Part shown: positions 46,820 to 60,697 of the stretch, piece after piece | How positions within the stretch are numbered: position 1 is the first letter of the stretch | Layout: each line of letters begins with the position of its first letter | Assembly: GCF_004010195.1 (NCBI RefSeq) | Contig: NC_057755.1 | Span: forward strand, 4,053,462-4,117,461 | Direction of reading: 5' to 3' | DNA from: Chiloscyllium plagiosum | Lineage: Eukaryota | DNA: 64,000 nt | Made by a program: the position numbers and the translations under genes | Notes under the pieces: model-generated | Seen by the model: the letters and a program-made list of their open reading frames with translations, nothing else | The model's database searches: none | Told to the model about the DNA's origin: nothing

Positions 46820-48376
46820 TGTCATTTCCTGCTCATACATGTGGCGAATATGTTGGTGGAGACCACAGCTTGAAAATCATTGTGAATCAGGAATAGAATC
46901 GTGACAGAATTCGGTGGGCATCCACATTTGAGGGAGATATCCCATAATCCCTCACAGTTGACATGTGTCGAAGGCCGTTGTGAGATTGAGTAAGACCATG
47001 TATAGAGATTGCTGCTGTTCTCTGCACTTTGCTTAGATTTGTCACACACTGACAATCCTGGTTATTCTGCCTCTTGATGGGTCAAATCTGCACTGAGATC
47101 TGGGTGGACACCTCCAGCCAATGAAAGGAGAGAGACTGAGGAGGATTCTCACGATGACCTTTCCCATGGCGGACAGTGGAGAAATCTCTTTCTAAATCAG
47201 AACTGTCTCGTTTCTCGAAAATGGTCACAGTAACTGTATCTATTCGATCTCCAAGCGTGCTCCCTTCATTCCAGACAAGAATGGTGAGGTGGATTCATGT
47301 CAAGAATGACTCTCCGCCATATTTTAGTCCTTCACCGGGGATTCCATCTTTTCTGGTGGCCTTGTTGCTGTTCTGCTGTTGGAGGTGTTTTTGCCCTCAT
47401 GGGGGGTTGGAGGTTTGCTGAGATGGCGTGGGTATGTTTTGTGGGTCAGTGTCAGGAACACTTGTGCTGAAGGATGTGAATTGGTGGAGGAGACATTCGA
47501 AGTTCTCGCTCCAGAGAGTGCTAACTGCCTCTCGATCTTTGATGAGGGACTCTCTGTGTTTGGCTCTCAGTGGGGTCACCCACTGGGTACTCGGGCTGTA
47601 GATGGCTTTGATTGTGCTGAAGAAGCCACATACATTGTGGTTATTAGTGAGTCACGGACTCTCCTGCTGACTCTGTCCACCCACCATCTATTCTTTAGGT
47701 CACGACTTTTTTGTTACACCTTGGCCTTCAGTTGCGTCTCCGCTTGTTTCCTTTAGCTGGAGTTATGGTGGAGGTGCTAGTTCAGGAATACCTCACGTTT
47801 GCGATCTCAGAGAGCCTGGATCTCCTGCTTTTTCTCACTGAGCCAGAGCTGGGGTTTCCTGGACGAGAGGCCAAGGGTCACCACACAGCAGCTGACTGAA
47901 CAGGAGTTTAGGGTGGACCAGATGCTGTGGGCACTCTGTGACTCAGGTATCTTGGGCATCATCATGTCGGCAGTGAGGCACTGCCTGAGAAACACTTCAT
48001 TCAGTGGGATAGCGTTAGTTCGAGGCTGGTGTGGAATGAGTCTTTTGTCTCCTCCATTGTGTCTAGATTCAGGGCAGAGGTAATTTCGGCTGTGATGTAC
48101 TGCTTTTGGCCCAGGGTGTGTCCGAGGGTCATGAGGAGCTCATTTACCCCACAAGGGGATTTGTTGGGCCGTCTGACTAGTTTGTTTGTTGTGCTGAAAA
48201 CGATCCCTTCGGGACAGTGTATGTGTTTGCTTTTCCCGAAGAAGGTGTAACCTCCACTTTGTTCTTCAAGTTACCTTTCTCCTGCCAGTCATATTCCACT
48301 CATGGTGGTGATGTCAATGTTGTGCTGCTGGGCAATGACAGCAGTGTATCATTCAGGTCTATTGTTGTTGGTGTTA
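46820..48376 (-). mobile_element. RTE-clade LINE fragment (endonuclease to RT)
   Basis: Minus strand: NRPE..TAVI..NIDI, GKGNLKNK.GYTFFGK, TPLRAK..LIKDREAV..WSENFE.LL, LKCGCPP. Confidence 0.75.
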
Positions 48377-49395
48377 TAGAACATAGAACATAGAACAATA
48401 CAGCACAGAACAGGCCCTTCGGCCCACGATGTTGTGCTGAACATTTGTCCTAGCTTAAGCACCCATCCATGTACCTATCCAATTGCCACTTAAAGGTCAC
48501 CAATGATTCTGACTCTGCCACTCCCACAGGCAGCGCATTCCATGCCCCCACCACTCTCTGGGTAAAGAACCTACCCCTGACATCCTCCCTATACCTTCCA
48601 CCCCTCACCTTAAATTTATGTCCCCTTGTAACACTCTGTTGTACCCGGGGAAAAGGTTTTTGACTGTCTACTCTATCTATTCCCCTGATCATCTTATAAA
48701 CCTCTGTCAAGTCACCCCTCATCCTTCGCCGTTCCAATGAGAAAAGGCCTAGCACTCTCAACCTATCCTCGTATGACTTATTCTCCATTCCAGGCAACAT
48801 CCTGTAAATCTTCTCTGCACCCTCTCCAGAGCTTCCACATCTTTCCTAAAGTGAGGCGACCAGAACTGCACACAGTGCTCCAAATGTGTCCTAACCAAGG
48901 TCCTATACAGCTGTAACATGACTTCACGACTCTTGAATTCAATCCCTCTGCTAATGAACGCTAATACACCATAGGCCTTCTTATAAGCTCTATCCACCTG
49001 AGTGGCAACTTTCAAGAATCTATGAACATAGGCCCCAAGATCCCTCTGCTCCTCCACCTTACTAAGAACCCTACCGTTAACCCTGTATTCTGCATTCTTA
49101 TTTGTCCTTCCAAAATGGACAACTCACACTTGACAGGGTTGAACTCCATCTGCCACTCCTCAGGCCAGCTCTGCATCATTTCAAATTCCCTTTGCAGGCG
49201 ACAACAGCCCTCCTCGCTATTCACAACTCCACCAATCTTCGTATCGTCTGCAAATTTACTGATTCACCCTTCGACTCCCTCTTCCAAGTCATTAATAAAA
49301 ATTACAAACAGCAGAGGACCCAGATCTGATCCCTGCAGAACTCCACTTGTAACTGGGCTCCAGGCTGAATATTTACCATCTACCACCACTCTCAT
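48377..49395 (-). mobile_element. Young CR1 LINE 3' kilobase
   Basis: (TAGAACA)n tail; [43 protein letters not shown]. Confidence 0.92.
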
Positions 49396-50894
49396 GTTCC
49401 ACCTCCCAGATTTATTTGGCGGTCGGGCAAGTTTGGGATGGAAGCTGCCTGTTCTAACCGCCACACTGCACCAAAAGAGGAAGGGCTGGCGCAATGGCAG
49501 GGAAAATCCGAGCGAACTGAAAATCAGGTTCTGCTTAAGGACACTGTTGGGTTTCTTTGAACAAGGACTGGACTAAAGTGTGCTTTTCTGTTATCTGAAA
49601 TTTGTTTGGGGGAACTATTAGCTTGTGATGAAACTGACCAACCAATTTTCCCTTTTCGCTGAAATACTACCTTCTGAGTTCAATGAAAGTCTATTTGTCT
49701 GTATCAAGGAGTGTCTGAAAAGTCTTCCCAACACTTTAATTTCTGCGCATGTTGCGTCTGCCATGATCATGTAATGAACTCTATGTATCATGGACATTGC
49801 CTGTAAGATCCAAAACACAAAATTCGAATTGACATCAACACTCCATATATGCTCTTTTCTTTTTGACTCCAAGAACAAATAAATCCATTGGACAACATTG
49901 CGTTGTTTTACTTCAGAAAGACACAAACTGCTGAGTTTTTTTTTTATTGTGCATGTGTGTATGTGTCTGAGATCATATAATGGGATAACTATTCATGCTT
50001 CTTTATTACTGATGCCTATGTTAAACAAAGATTACATCTTCATTAAATAAGTTATGCTTTGATTACAAATGACTTGTGTTTATTAAAGAAGCCGAGTTTA
50101 TACATCTTTTTAGTTCAACCTGACACAGATCAGATGCTTAATTCACCAAATGTACAGTCTCCCAGTTTTGCACCCTGCCATGGCCCCTATTTAATGGCCC
50201 TTCATTGTGCTTCTTCACCACCTTGTACTACATCCCCCTATAGTTCCTCCATTAGGCACCCATCCAATATCAAAATCACTCAATCTCCATACATGCTTCT
50301 CCCCGTTGGAGAGTTTCAGTAGACCAAAGGCGGACAAATGAAAAAAGAAGCTGTCCAGAATATTGCTCCAAAGCAAAGTGAGAACCTGCAGGAGATGTCG
50401 CATTGCACAGTGAGCATAAGTGAGAGAAAGAATGAAGGTTTGTGGATGTGGTGCCAATCAATTAGGTGCTTTGTTCTGGAGAGTGTCAGTCCTCGAGAGT
50501 GTTGTTGGAGGTGCACTTATGAAAGCAAATGGAGAGTGTTCCATCATGCTCACACCTTACAGATGACGGCCAGGCTCTGGGAGATGGGATGTCAGGAAGT
50601 GAGTTACTACCTGCAGGATTCCTAGTATCAGAACTGCTCTTGGAGCGACAATATTTGTATCACTGCACCTGTTCAGTTTCTAGTCAATGGTAACTGTCAG
50701 ATTGTTGATAATAAGGAATATAATATCGACAATGCCATTAAAACACAGTGATTAAGAGTTAGATTCTCTCTTGCTAGACACGGACATTGTACTCATGTGG
50801 TGTGAATGTTATTTGCCACTTATCAGCCCAACCTTGTATATTGTCCAGATCTTGCACCATTTGGACATGGACTGCTTCAGGAATTGAGGAGTCC

Positions 50895-51558
50895 TTGAAA
50901 GTAGAGTCGCAGGTAGATAGGATAGTGAAGAAAGCGTTTGGTATGTTTTCCTTTATTGGTCAGACCAATGAGTATAGGAATGTGGAGGTCACATTGTGCT
51001 GTATATTTTATTGGTCAGGCCACTTTTGGAATATTGCTTGCAATTCTGGCCTCCTTCCTATCAGAAGGATATTGTGAAACTTGAAAGGGTTCGGAAAAGA
51101 TTTCCAAGGATGTTACCAGGGTTGGAGGATTTAAGCTACAGGGAGAGGCTGAATCGGCTGGGGCTGCTTTCCCTGGAGCATCGGAGGCTGAGGGGTGACG
51201 TTATAGAAGTTTATAAAATCATGAGGGGCTTGGACAGGATAAAGAGCAAAGGCCTATTTCCTGGGGTGGAAGGGGTGCAGGACTAGAGGATATATATGAA
51301 AGGGACCTATGTGGCAACTTTTTCACGCAGAGGTTTGTGCGTGTATGAAATGAGCTGTCAGAAGATGTTGTGGAGATTGTTACAATGACAAAATTTAAAA
51401 GAAACATCTGGATGGGTATATGAATATGAAGGGTTGAGAGGGATATGGGCCAGGTGCTGGCAAATGGGAGTAGATTGGGTTGGGATATCTAGTCGGCATG
51501 GACGGGTTGGTCCGAAGGGTCTGTTTCCATGCTGTGCATCTCTATAGTCTATGACTCA
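50895..51558 (+). mobile_element. CR1 LINE 3' end
   Basis: LVRPLLEYCLQFWPP..LERV..LGLLSLE. Confidence 0.88.
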
Positions 51559-51941
51559 CAATTTTGCTGTATGTTTTAGTGAATGTTCATTAGTGAGTGT
51601 CCTACTACATGGAACGAAGGTGATTTATGAAGCAACTGAAGATGGTTGGGCCGACGACAACACCCTGAGGAAGGGTAAGGCTCCTTGATGCCATATTCAG
51701 TCATATGTGACCTTTGTGTCAAGGTTAGTCACTCTCACCTCACCTCTGGAAAGCCTCTCTTTTTTCCAAGCCTGCACCAAAAGTTTTTATGAGATCAAAA
51801 GCAACTGGCCCTGGCTGAAACCTTACTGATTGCTTTTGAACATGTCCTAACTTTGTAATTATTGCTTCATAATGATCCTTTCCATCACTTTGGTAATCCT
51901 GGAGAGTATACAAATAAGGTGGCAAATGGTTAGGTTGAGGG

Positions 51942-52935
51942 TTGTACAGATGTACAGCACAGACACAGACCCTTCAATACAAGACATCCCAACCTAATCT
52001 AGTCCCATGTGCCAGCACTTGGCCAGCATATCCTTCTAAACCCATCCCATTCATATATCCATTCAAATGTCTGTTGAATGTACCAGTCTCCACCAGTTCC
52101 GCTGGCATCTCATTCCATGCACGCACCAATCTGCGTGACAATGTTGCCCCTTAGATCTCTTTTAATTCTTTCCCCGCTCACCCTAAACCTGTGGACTCCC
52201 CCACCCCAGGAAACGACTTTGTCTATTAACCCTACCAATGCCCCTTATGATTTTATAAACCTCTATAAGGTCACCCCTCAGCCTTCAAAGTTCCAGGGCA
52301 AACATTCACATCCTATTCAGCTTCTCCCTATAGCTCAAATCCTCCAACCCTGGCAACATCCTTGTAAAACTTTTCTGAACCCTTCCATGCTTCACAACAT
52401 ATTTCCGATAGGAAAGAGACCAGAGTTGCACACAATATTCCAAAAGTGACCAAACCAATGTCCTGTACAGTTGCAACACGACCTCCCAACTCTTATACAC
52501 AGGGCTCTAACCAATAAAATAAAGTATACCAAATGCCTTCTTCACTATCCCTGTACTTGTCACTACTTTCAAGGAGCTGTGAACCTGCGGTCCAAGGTCT
52601 CTTTGGTTAGCAACACTCCCTCGCACCTTAGCATTAAGTGTATATGACTTGCTGTTCCGAAATGCAGCACCTCACATTTCTTTATATTAAGCTACACCTG
52701 CCACTCCTCGGCCCATTGGCCCATCTGTGCAAGATCCCATTGTACTCTGAGGTAATCATCTTCGCTGTCCACTAAACCTTCAAATTTGGTGTCATCTGAA
52801 AACTTACTAACTATACCTCCTATTTTCAAATTCAAATCATTTATAAAATTGACAAATGTCGTGGACTGGGCACCAATCTCTGTGGCACACCGCTGTTCAA
52901 AGACCTCCAGTCTGAAAACAACCGTCTACCACCAA
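51942..52935 (-). mobile_element. CR1 LINE 3' kilobase
   Basis: LYRTLVWSLLEYCVQLWS; RT end. Confidence 0.85.
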
Positions 52936-53245
52936 TTGTGTTAACTGATTCTGACATATGACATTATGATTGAGGGAGTGACAGTTATACAATCACTAAA
53001 GATAGTTAGGCCTCGGATACAGTCTTGAGAAACTCCAGCAATGAAGTCCTAGAGCTTAAATGCCTGGCCTCCAACAAACACACTAATCGCATGTAGCCCA
53101 GACCAGGTACACTGTTGTTTTCTTTCCCGAAAGGATATTAGTGGAACAATTGTTTTTTACAACAATTGACAATGGTCAGTATTCGAGTCATAATTCAAAT
53201 TAGTTATTCAACTGAAGGTCCAGAATCCGTCATGATAAGACTTGA

Positions 53246-53501
53246 TGGAGGTGGGTACTGCGGATGCTGGAGATTATAGTCAAGATTAGAGTGGTGCTGG
53301 AGAAGCACAGCAAATCACTCAGCATCCGAGGAGCAGGAAAATCAACACCTTTGGAAGAGGCCATTCATCATGAATGCAGGAAAATTTACGTTTCGGGCAA
53401 AAACCCTTCATCAGGCTGAAGGGTTTTTGCCCGAAACGTCGATTTCTCTGCTCCTCGGATCCTGCCTGACCTGCTGTGCTTTTCCAGCACCACTGTAATC
53501 T
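53246..53501. mobile_element. PLE-derived fold-back mini-element with hammerhead core
   Basis: 13-bp TSD TGATAAGACTTGA at 53233-53245 and 53502-53514; perfect 23-bp hairpin 53388-53439; minus strand CTGATGAagggtttttgcccGAAACgt. Confidence 0.88.
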
Positions 53502-53912
53502 TGATAAGACTTGACTTGAGTCCATCATAATATTTTGAAAGTATCGGAATATTAAGAACCGAAATATGATACTTTTGTTACAATAACATAAATAAGGGTT
53601 TTATGTTTTGTTGTTTATCATTGAGCGTAATATTAATTTGTCATTATTTAGTTTCTAGAAAATGGGAATGTAGACAAAGTGGGGCTGAAAATTACATTAA
53701 ATTGAATTCACTGTGAACCAATTGTGAGACCATCCAGTTTGCTTCTGATTGAGACAGGTTAGTGTATTTGCTAGTGGGAAGCCTGAAGAAATCATGGATG
53801 AACCCAGTGAAATGTTTTCCCGTGCAAAGGAAGGTACTAAGTAGAAAAGTTGAAGAATAATTTATGTGTGTGAGGTATATGAGGTGATGAGGTGATTGTG
53901 TGTGCTTGTGTT

Positions 53913-53914
<2 letters not shown>

Positions 53915-53963
<49 letters not shown>

Positions 53964-53983
53964 GATTGTGTGTGTGTGTGTGT
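53915..53983. repeat. (TG)n microsatellite
   Basis: Direct inspection. Confidence 0.95.
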
Positions 53984-54064
53984 AAAATACGTCAGACGTT
54001 CTTCCACATTATAAGTGTTTTATTATGAATTCTTTCTCTCACTTAGCCTTAAAGAACGTTGGAA

Positions 54065-54300
54065 TGTCTTGATCCTCCTGGTGCTCTGGTTTCCTCCCAA
54101 ATCCAAAGATGTGCATGTTAGATGAATTGACCAAGGTAAATTGCCCACAGTATTCATGTATGAGTACGTCGGGTGCATTTGTCGAGGGTAGGTATAGAGT
54201 AATGGGGTGGAAAAGTGGGTCTGGATGGGTTGCTCTTGGGAGGCTTGGTGTGGACATTTTGGGCTGAAGGACCTGTTTCCACACTGTAAGGATTCTATTC
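54065..54300 (+). mobile_element. HE1-like SINE, 5'-truncated
   Basis: gtgctctggtttcctccc..tccaaagatgtgca..cctgtttccacactgtaaggattct. Confidence 0.75.
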
Positions 54301-54329
54301 TGTACTGTAGGTTTGGCGAGATTAAAAGT

Positions 54330-55985
54330 GTACAAGTCCCGAGGTCTGCAGGAGTTGTAACCAAGGAGATAATGGTGGAAGTTATAAGTACTATCACCAA
54401 TCCTTTAATTCCTCTGCAGCTACTTGGGATATGGCAGAGGAATTCAGCACAGCTGATGTGTTTCCACTTTTCAAGAAAGGTGATGGAGGTTGACCTGGAA
54501 TTACAGATCAGTGATTCCCAGTGCACGGAGAAAATTCTGAAGGTGAGAATTAATCTCCATTTGAGAGGCAAGGATTTATCAGTCAGCATGGCTTTGTCAG
54601 AAGGACAAAATGCCTCAAAAATCTGGTGAAATGTTTCAAAGGGTTGCCTAGGTTTGTCGATGAGGGTAAGGCAACTGATGCGGTTTTCAGCAAAGCCTTC
54701 CACAAGGCCCCACATGATAAATCAGGGAAAAGCACATGGCATCCAGATTTACTTCGCAAATTGGCTCAGTCAGAGGAGGCAGATGGTGTTGATAGGCGTC
54801 TGTTTATGTAATTGGAGGCCGGTGTCCAGTGGTATACCACTGGGCTGAATGTTGGGTCCCTTATTGTTTGTGACATTCATAAAAGTTAATGAAGATTGTG
54901 CCTCTTTATGTGCGCATGTATGAGTGTGTGTGTGTGAGTGAGAGTGTGTGTGTATGAGTGTGTTTGTGTGTGTATGCATCTGATTATGCGTGTGTGTTGT
55001 AGGGGGTGGGGGTGGTTGGGGATGATAAGTAAGTTTGCAATGCTACGAATATTGACCGGATGTTTGGCAGTGAGGAAAATATTCTTAGGTTACAAATATA
55101 AATAGACACATTGGTCAAATGGGCAGAGCAACGGCACGTAGAATTTAACCCTGATAAACCTGGAGGTGATACACTCTTACAGAAGTTTCAAAACAAGGCA
55201 GCACTCAATGAATGGTGCGACACTAGGAAGGGCAAAGAAACCAAAAGGTTTTTGAGGAACTTGTTAACAGATCACTAAAGGTCGTAGGACAGGTCAATAG
55301 GGTAGTAGAGAAGGCGTATGGGATGCATTGCCAGTCGTGGTAGTAGAGTCCGGTACATTAGGAACATTTAAGCGACTCTTGGATTGCCACATGTGACATA
55401 GTAATATGTAGGTTAGTTTGATCTTAGAATAAGATAAACGGTCGGTGCAACATCGAGGGGTGAAGGGACTTTTCTGTTATGTGTTCTATTGCTACATTAT
55501 AAGCAACATTCTGTTGAACCTGTGTTGAACCTGTATGTAATTCTGTCACTATGCCATAGGAAGGATGCAATTGCACTGATGGAGATCAACACAGGTTCAA
55601 CAGACTGTTGCTTATAATGTAGCAATTATGCTGTGAAGAGGGAGGCTGGATAAGCAAGAGATGGGTGCATGTATGAGGGGCATGGACAGAGTGAACAGAA
55701 GCAGTTGTTCCCCTTAGTTGAAGGACCAATAACAGGTTGGTATAAGTTTAAGCTGAATGCCAGAAGCTTTAGAGCGGATATGAGGAAACCTCTCCTCACC
55801 TAGAGGGTGGTACGGGCCTGCAATTGAAATGCAAAACCTCAGAAAAGTACTTGGGTGAACACTTGAAATGTCATAAAATTCAAGTTTATGGGCCAAATGC
55901 TGGAAAGTGGGATTACTGTAGATTTATTGTCATTTTGTTTGGACAAACAAAATGGGCTGAATGGCCTCTTCTGTTCGATGTGATT
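54330..55985 (+). mobile_element. Decayed CR1 LINE(s) with nested fragments
   Basis: QHGFV, FSKAFHKAPH, WRPVSSG.P remnants and CR1 3' ends. Confidence 0.75.
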
Positions 55986-56947
55986 CTCATTCTAGAATTT
56001 CTGAAGATCACGTTCTGAATTAGTTTCTTTCATTCTTGTATTTGATTTGAGAAACCTTGTGTAAGTTCCAGTTGTTGTTGTGGTCACTGTCAGCTTTAAT
56101 TTCAGTATTAGAGTGCACACTCATAGATAGAATTTCACAAATAAGTTGGAAAATTGAATTAACACGGAAAGCAGTGGGATAAAAGTGTGCAGTAGAGGAG
56201 CTCTTAAAGAACTCGACAACATGAGGTATTGAAAGATTGAATAACCTCAGCAAAATGATGGTCATCACTGGAAAGGATATCGAAAAATATTTTTAAATTG
56301 ATGGGATGGATAGTGAGTGAAATAATGCAAGTCTGGTTGTTTGAAGACAAATTGTAATGAACATTTCAGACCAAATAAGATCAGATTAATCCAGTCCTTG
56401 GGGTATTCAAATACAAATGTAAAACTGAGTGATATCACTGCATTAAAATAAACTTGTTGTCATTCAAGAAATTATTTTAAAAATAAAGAAAGCGTCATAA
56501 TATTTTCCCAGTGGAGATACCAAGCAAGATAAAACAGTCTCTGCAACTGTCTCATGTCCAATTATGAGATAATTCTCCAATGCTGAGAGATTGCCATCAG
56601 CAGGAAGGAAGTGGTCGTTCCACAAGCAACAAAATGTATTTTCCAAGGCTAAAGATCTTAAAAATATACTATATTATCCTTCCCATTGTTAGTATGCCTG
56701 GTAAGTCTTTTAACCACTTCAGTTGTATAACATTTCTACTGAATGCCTGATAACTATTTTGTTTCCACTTCGCAAGGCAAATCCCGAGCCAGATGATAGT
56801 GTCCTCACTTACGGAGTTTAAAGCGAATAGTTTGTCAGTTAGGAGGCTCCTCAGTAATGTGCAGCACTGTTTGTTTCTCCATACTGTGCAGAATGGGTTT
56901 ACACTGAGGCCACATTCATGAAATTTGACTGAGCGCCAGCCCTGGTT

Positions 56948-57263
56948 TGGGGCACATTGTGGCTCAGCATTTAGCACTGCTGCCTCACAGCACCAGGGAC
57001 CCAGGTTCAATTCCAGCCTCTGTGCAGAGTTTGCGCATTCTCCCCGTGTCCGTGTGGGTTTCCCCAAGGTGCTCTAGTTTCCTCCTACAGTCTAAAGATG
57101 TGCAGGTTAGGTGGATTGGCCATGCTAAATTTCCCACATTGTTAAGGGAGCAGTGTAGGTTTGGTGCATTAGTCAGGGAAAATGTGGAGTATAAGGAATG
57201 GATCTGGGTGGGTTAGTCTTCGGAGGGCTGCTGTGGTCTGGTTCCACACTGTCGGGATTCTAT
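56948..57263 (+). mobile_element. HE1-like tRNA-derived SINE
   Basis: gtggctcagcatttagcactgctgcctcacagcaccagggacccaggttcaattcc. Confidence 0.88.
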
Positions 57264-57919
57264 GTCGAGAAAGTGTGCAGCAAGATGACTCTCTCTGTGG
57301 CAGTTCAAAGCCTGATATCGGTTAGATGGGTTTTGTAACAACTCAGCTCTCAGTGATACCTGGTGTTTCCTATTCCTTGAAGTAAATTTATTTTGTTGGT
57401 GGATCTCACACAGGCAGCTTGTTCCAAATGGGAGCACAAATACAATGCTGACAATACGTGGTTGAGCAGGTTGTTATAGTGTGATAAGTGAGGGTCAGCA
57501 CAGATGGCTTCTACCATCCTGAGTGTATTTGTCAGTCAGTGAATGTGTGGGGACATGATAGTTGTGAGGACAGAACACTGGGAGGTTACAGGGTAACAAT
57601 TACAATGTGCATTGTTGAATTATTTGATTGTTAAAAAGACGTGCCAGTTGTGCCATTGGTTAAAAAATGCACAGTGCTGTGGTACGGACTTTAATAGGAC
57701 AAACGCTGAGATCTGGAGTGCAGTGGCAGAAAATCTCCCACAGAGGATCAAACAACTTTGTCCATCAGTATATTTCCCACCTTGCCCTTTGTTTCTGTTA
57801 TCAATTCCTGTTCCCCAAACTATAATGGTCTCTGTAAAGGTGCTTTACAGAGGGAGCAGAAGAACTTCTTTAAGATGGGCATCGTCAGAAGAGTCTTTGC
57901 AGTAAGGTTTACAGTGACT

Positions 57920-58137
57920 GAGAGAAAGTGAGGACTGCAGATGCGAGAGAGTCAGAGTGAAGAAGTGTGGCGCTGGAAAAACTCAGCAGGTCAGGCAGTC
58001 ATCCACGGAGCAGAAAAGTCAATCTTTCGGGCATAAGCCCTTCATCATTCCTTGCTTGCTACCTGACCTGCTGTGCTTTTGCAGCGCCACGCATTTCGAC
58101 TCTGTCTCTCCAGCCTCTGCAGTCCTCACTTTCTCTC
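57920..58137. mobile_element. PLE-derived fold-back mini-element
   Basis: Perfect 21-bp terminal inverted repeat GAGAGAAAGTGAGGACTGCAG; internal tttcgggcataagcccttcatca. Confidence 0.85.
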
Positions 58138-59664
58138 CATGTGAAGGTGCTCCCAATTGTATTTGTTTGGGATTGTTATTTCAGTTTTGGCGATCAATTT
58201 GGATAAGTATTCATTATTTTTATAATTGTTATGTTGGTACTGACATTTTACAGATGAATACCCCGCAAGTATTTTTAGGTCAATTCACTAAAAGGCCATA
58301 GTGTTATACTATGGACTTCAGTACTCCACCAATTCTGTGAAACGTTTGTTCTTGTATTCAGCCCAAAGGCCCCAGAACGGTGGAGATTTGGTGATACAAC
58401 AGGACTTTTGTTCTGATGAAAGACAATTTGATTTGTGGTGACTGATGTGTGATTTAGGATACTAAATATTGTTGTACTGCTCCGAGGTTCCAATCAGGGT
58501 CAACAACCTCCGGCCCCAGACAGAGTGAAAGTCAGTCCTGCTGCTGTGCCCTCCAGTTGATCTGATATTCAGCATTGACTGACTCGGTGAGTTGGAAACT
58601 GTAAATGAATCAGCAGTTGATTCATAGACCATCAGCAGCACACCGCTAAAATAATATTAACCATTTGTCCAGCATGATGCTCTTTGTCTCATGGTGTGAG
58701 ACTTCATTGCATCAATGTTACATGGGATGTCTGTCCAAACGATGATTGTAATTTACACCACATGGACAGATTTATATAGATTCATAAATTCCAAAAGTGA
58801 AAATGTGGCTTGCTGTAGTCACATCAGTGCAGTTCAAGATCCTGCTGGGCAATGTTAGTCCATCTGCCTCTTGGAAATGTTATTGCATCTTTCTCGCATT
58901 TTGAATTATTGCAAAGCAAGGGTTAAGTGGGAATGACTGCTCGCCTGTGCTCACTTTGTGGGAAATTGTTCATGACGAGACCCTGTGCTGGATGAGGATG
59001 GCCATTCAGGGAAAGGACCCTACACAGGGCAGTTCAGTATGTTCACCTCCATCTTGGTTGGTGATGATTCTGAGGAACGGTCACTCAAACCGAAACAGAA
59101 ACTTCATTTCTGTCCACAGATGCTGCCAGACCTGCTGAGCTTTTCCAGCGATTCCGGTTTTTGTTTCTGATTTAAAGCATCCACAGTTCTTCCAGTTTTT
59201 ATTTGACATTTTTGATGTTCAAATCACTGTATCAAGTTGAGGTGGTTTATTGAATGTCCAATTTAGGTGCTGAGTAACCTCAGACTGTTTAGTGCTATTG
59301 ACGGATGGTAAGTACATTGGGGTAGGAGTGAGGAAGTATTGAAGGGACTCATTGTTGCCAGCTAGCATTTGAAAGTTTATGAATTTTTGCAGTAACACCA
59401 ACCCTGAACTGAACATTTCCGCAGAACAATGTAAATGTCAGCACTGCTGCTTGTTGGAATGTGTCTGGCACAGCATGTTTCACATCAAGGGAGTCACATC
59501 AAGGGACTCTCTAATGCAATAACAACTTGTGTCTTCAATTCCAAAATAATTCACTTGAAGGAAATGCTTTTGTTGGAATGCTCGGCGCCAAGATCTCAAA
59601 CAAATTTCATTTGGTTGCTGATCAGACTGGTAAGATTTAAAGAACACGTAACAAAATCTGGATT

Positions 59665-59930
59665 ATATCATAGGATCATAGAAACCCTGCGCTAACACTC
59701 CGAAAAGTATCCCACCAAAACGCCCCACCCTATCGCCATAATCCTGCATTTGTCATAGCTACTGTACATTGGCTGCAAAAATGTGACCTGGGAAGAAAGT
59801 GGAGCATCGGCTGAAAACCCATACAGTCATGGAGAGAATGTATAAAGTCCACAGAGACAGTCCACTCAGGCTGGAATTAAATCTGGGTCCCTGACGTTGT
59901 GAGGCAGCAATGATAAGCACAATGCCACCA
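59665..59930 (-). mobile_element. HE1-like SINE, diverged
   Basis: ctgggtccctgacgttgtgaggcagcaatgataagcacaatgccacc. Confidence 0.75.
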
Positions 59931-59934
59931 GAAG

Positions 59935-60697
59935 TGTCGGATGTGGTAATTTATATTCATGCCACATAAATGCCAGGCAATGACTATTGACAATACAAAT
60001 CTAATATCCACCCCTTGACATTCACTGTTACTATTTCTGAAAACCTCAATATCAACATCTTGGGGATTACCATTGACTGGAAGCTTGTTGGACTCACTCT
60101 ATAGACATTGTGGTTAGAAGAGAAGGTCAGAGACGAGGAATACAAAGTGAGTAACTCACTCCTAATTCCCTGAAGCCTGTCCACAAGGCACAAGTCAGGA
60201 GTGCAATGGAATATAAACCAACTTCCCTGGATGAGTGCAACTCAAACAATGCTCAAAATTTTGACACCATCAGGACAAAACACACTGTTTGATTGATATC
60301 ATATCGACATACGCATACTCTCTCCAACACTGATGCTCAGTAGCTGCAGTGTGTACCATCGACAAGATGCATGCAGAAATTCACCAAATACACTTCGACA
60401 GTACCAACCAAAACCAGGACCATGCCATCCAAAAGGACAGGCCAGCAGATACATGGACACACTACCATCCGAAAGTTCCCCTCCAAGCCACTCACCATCC
60501 TGGCTTGGAAATATATCGCCATTCCTTCAATGTCAGTGAGTTAAAATCCTGGAATTCTCTCCCGTATGACATTGTTGAAGCATCTGGATTGCAGTGGCTT
60601 AGGAATGTGGCTCACTACCATCTCTGAGGGCAACTAAGGGTGGGTTATAAATTCTGACCAATGAGCAATGCCTACATCCCACGAATGATTTTTTAAA
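59935..60697 (+). mobile_element. Non-LTR retrotransposon 3' part (family of 22560-23072)
   Basis: aatatcaacatcttggggattaccattgac..aaggcacaagtcaggagtg..aaatcctggaattctctccc. Confidence 0.7.

Noticed and set aside
54023..54715. 230-aa minus-strand ORF
   Set aside because: Antisense read-through of CR1 and SINE sequence
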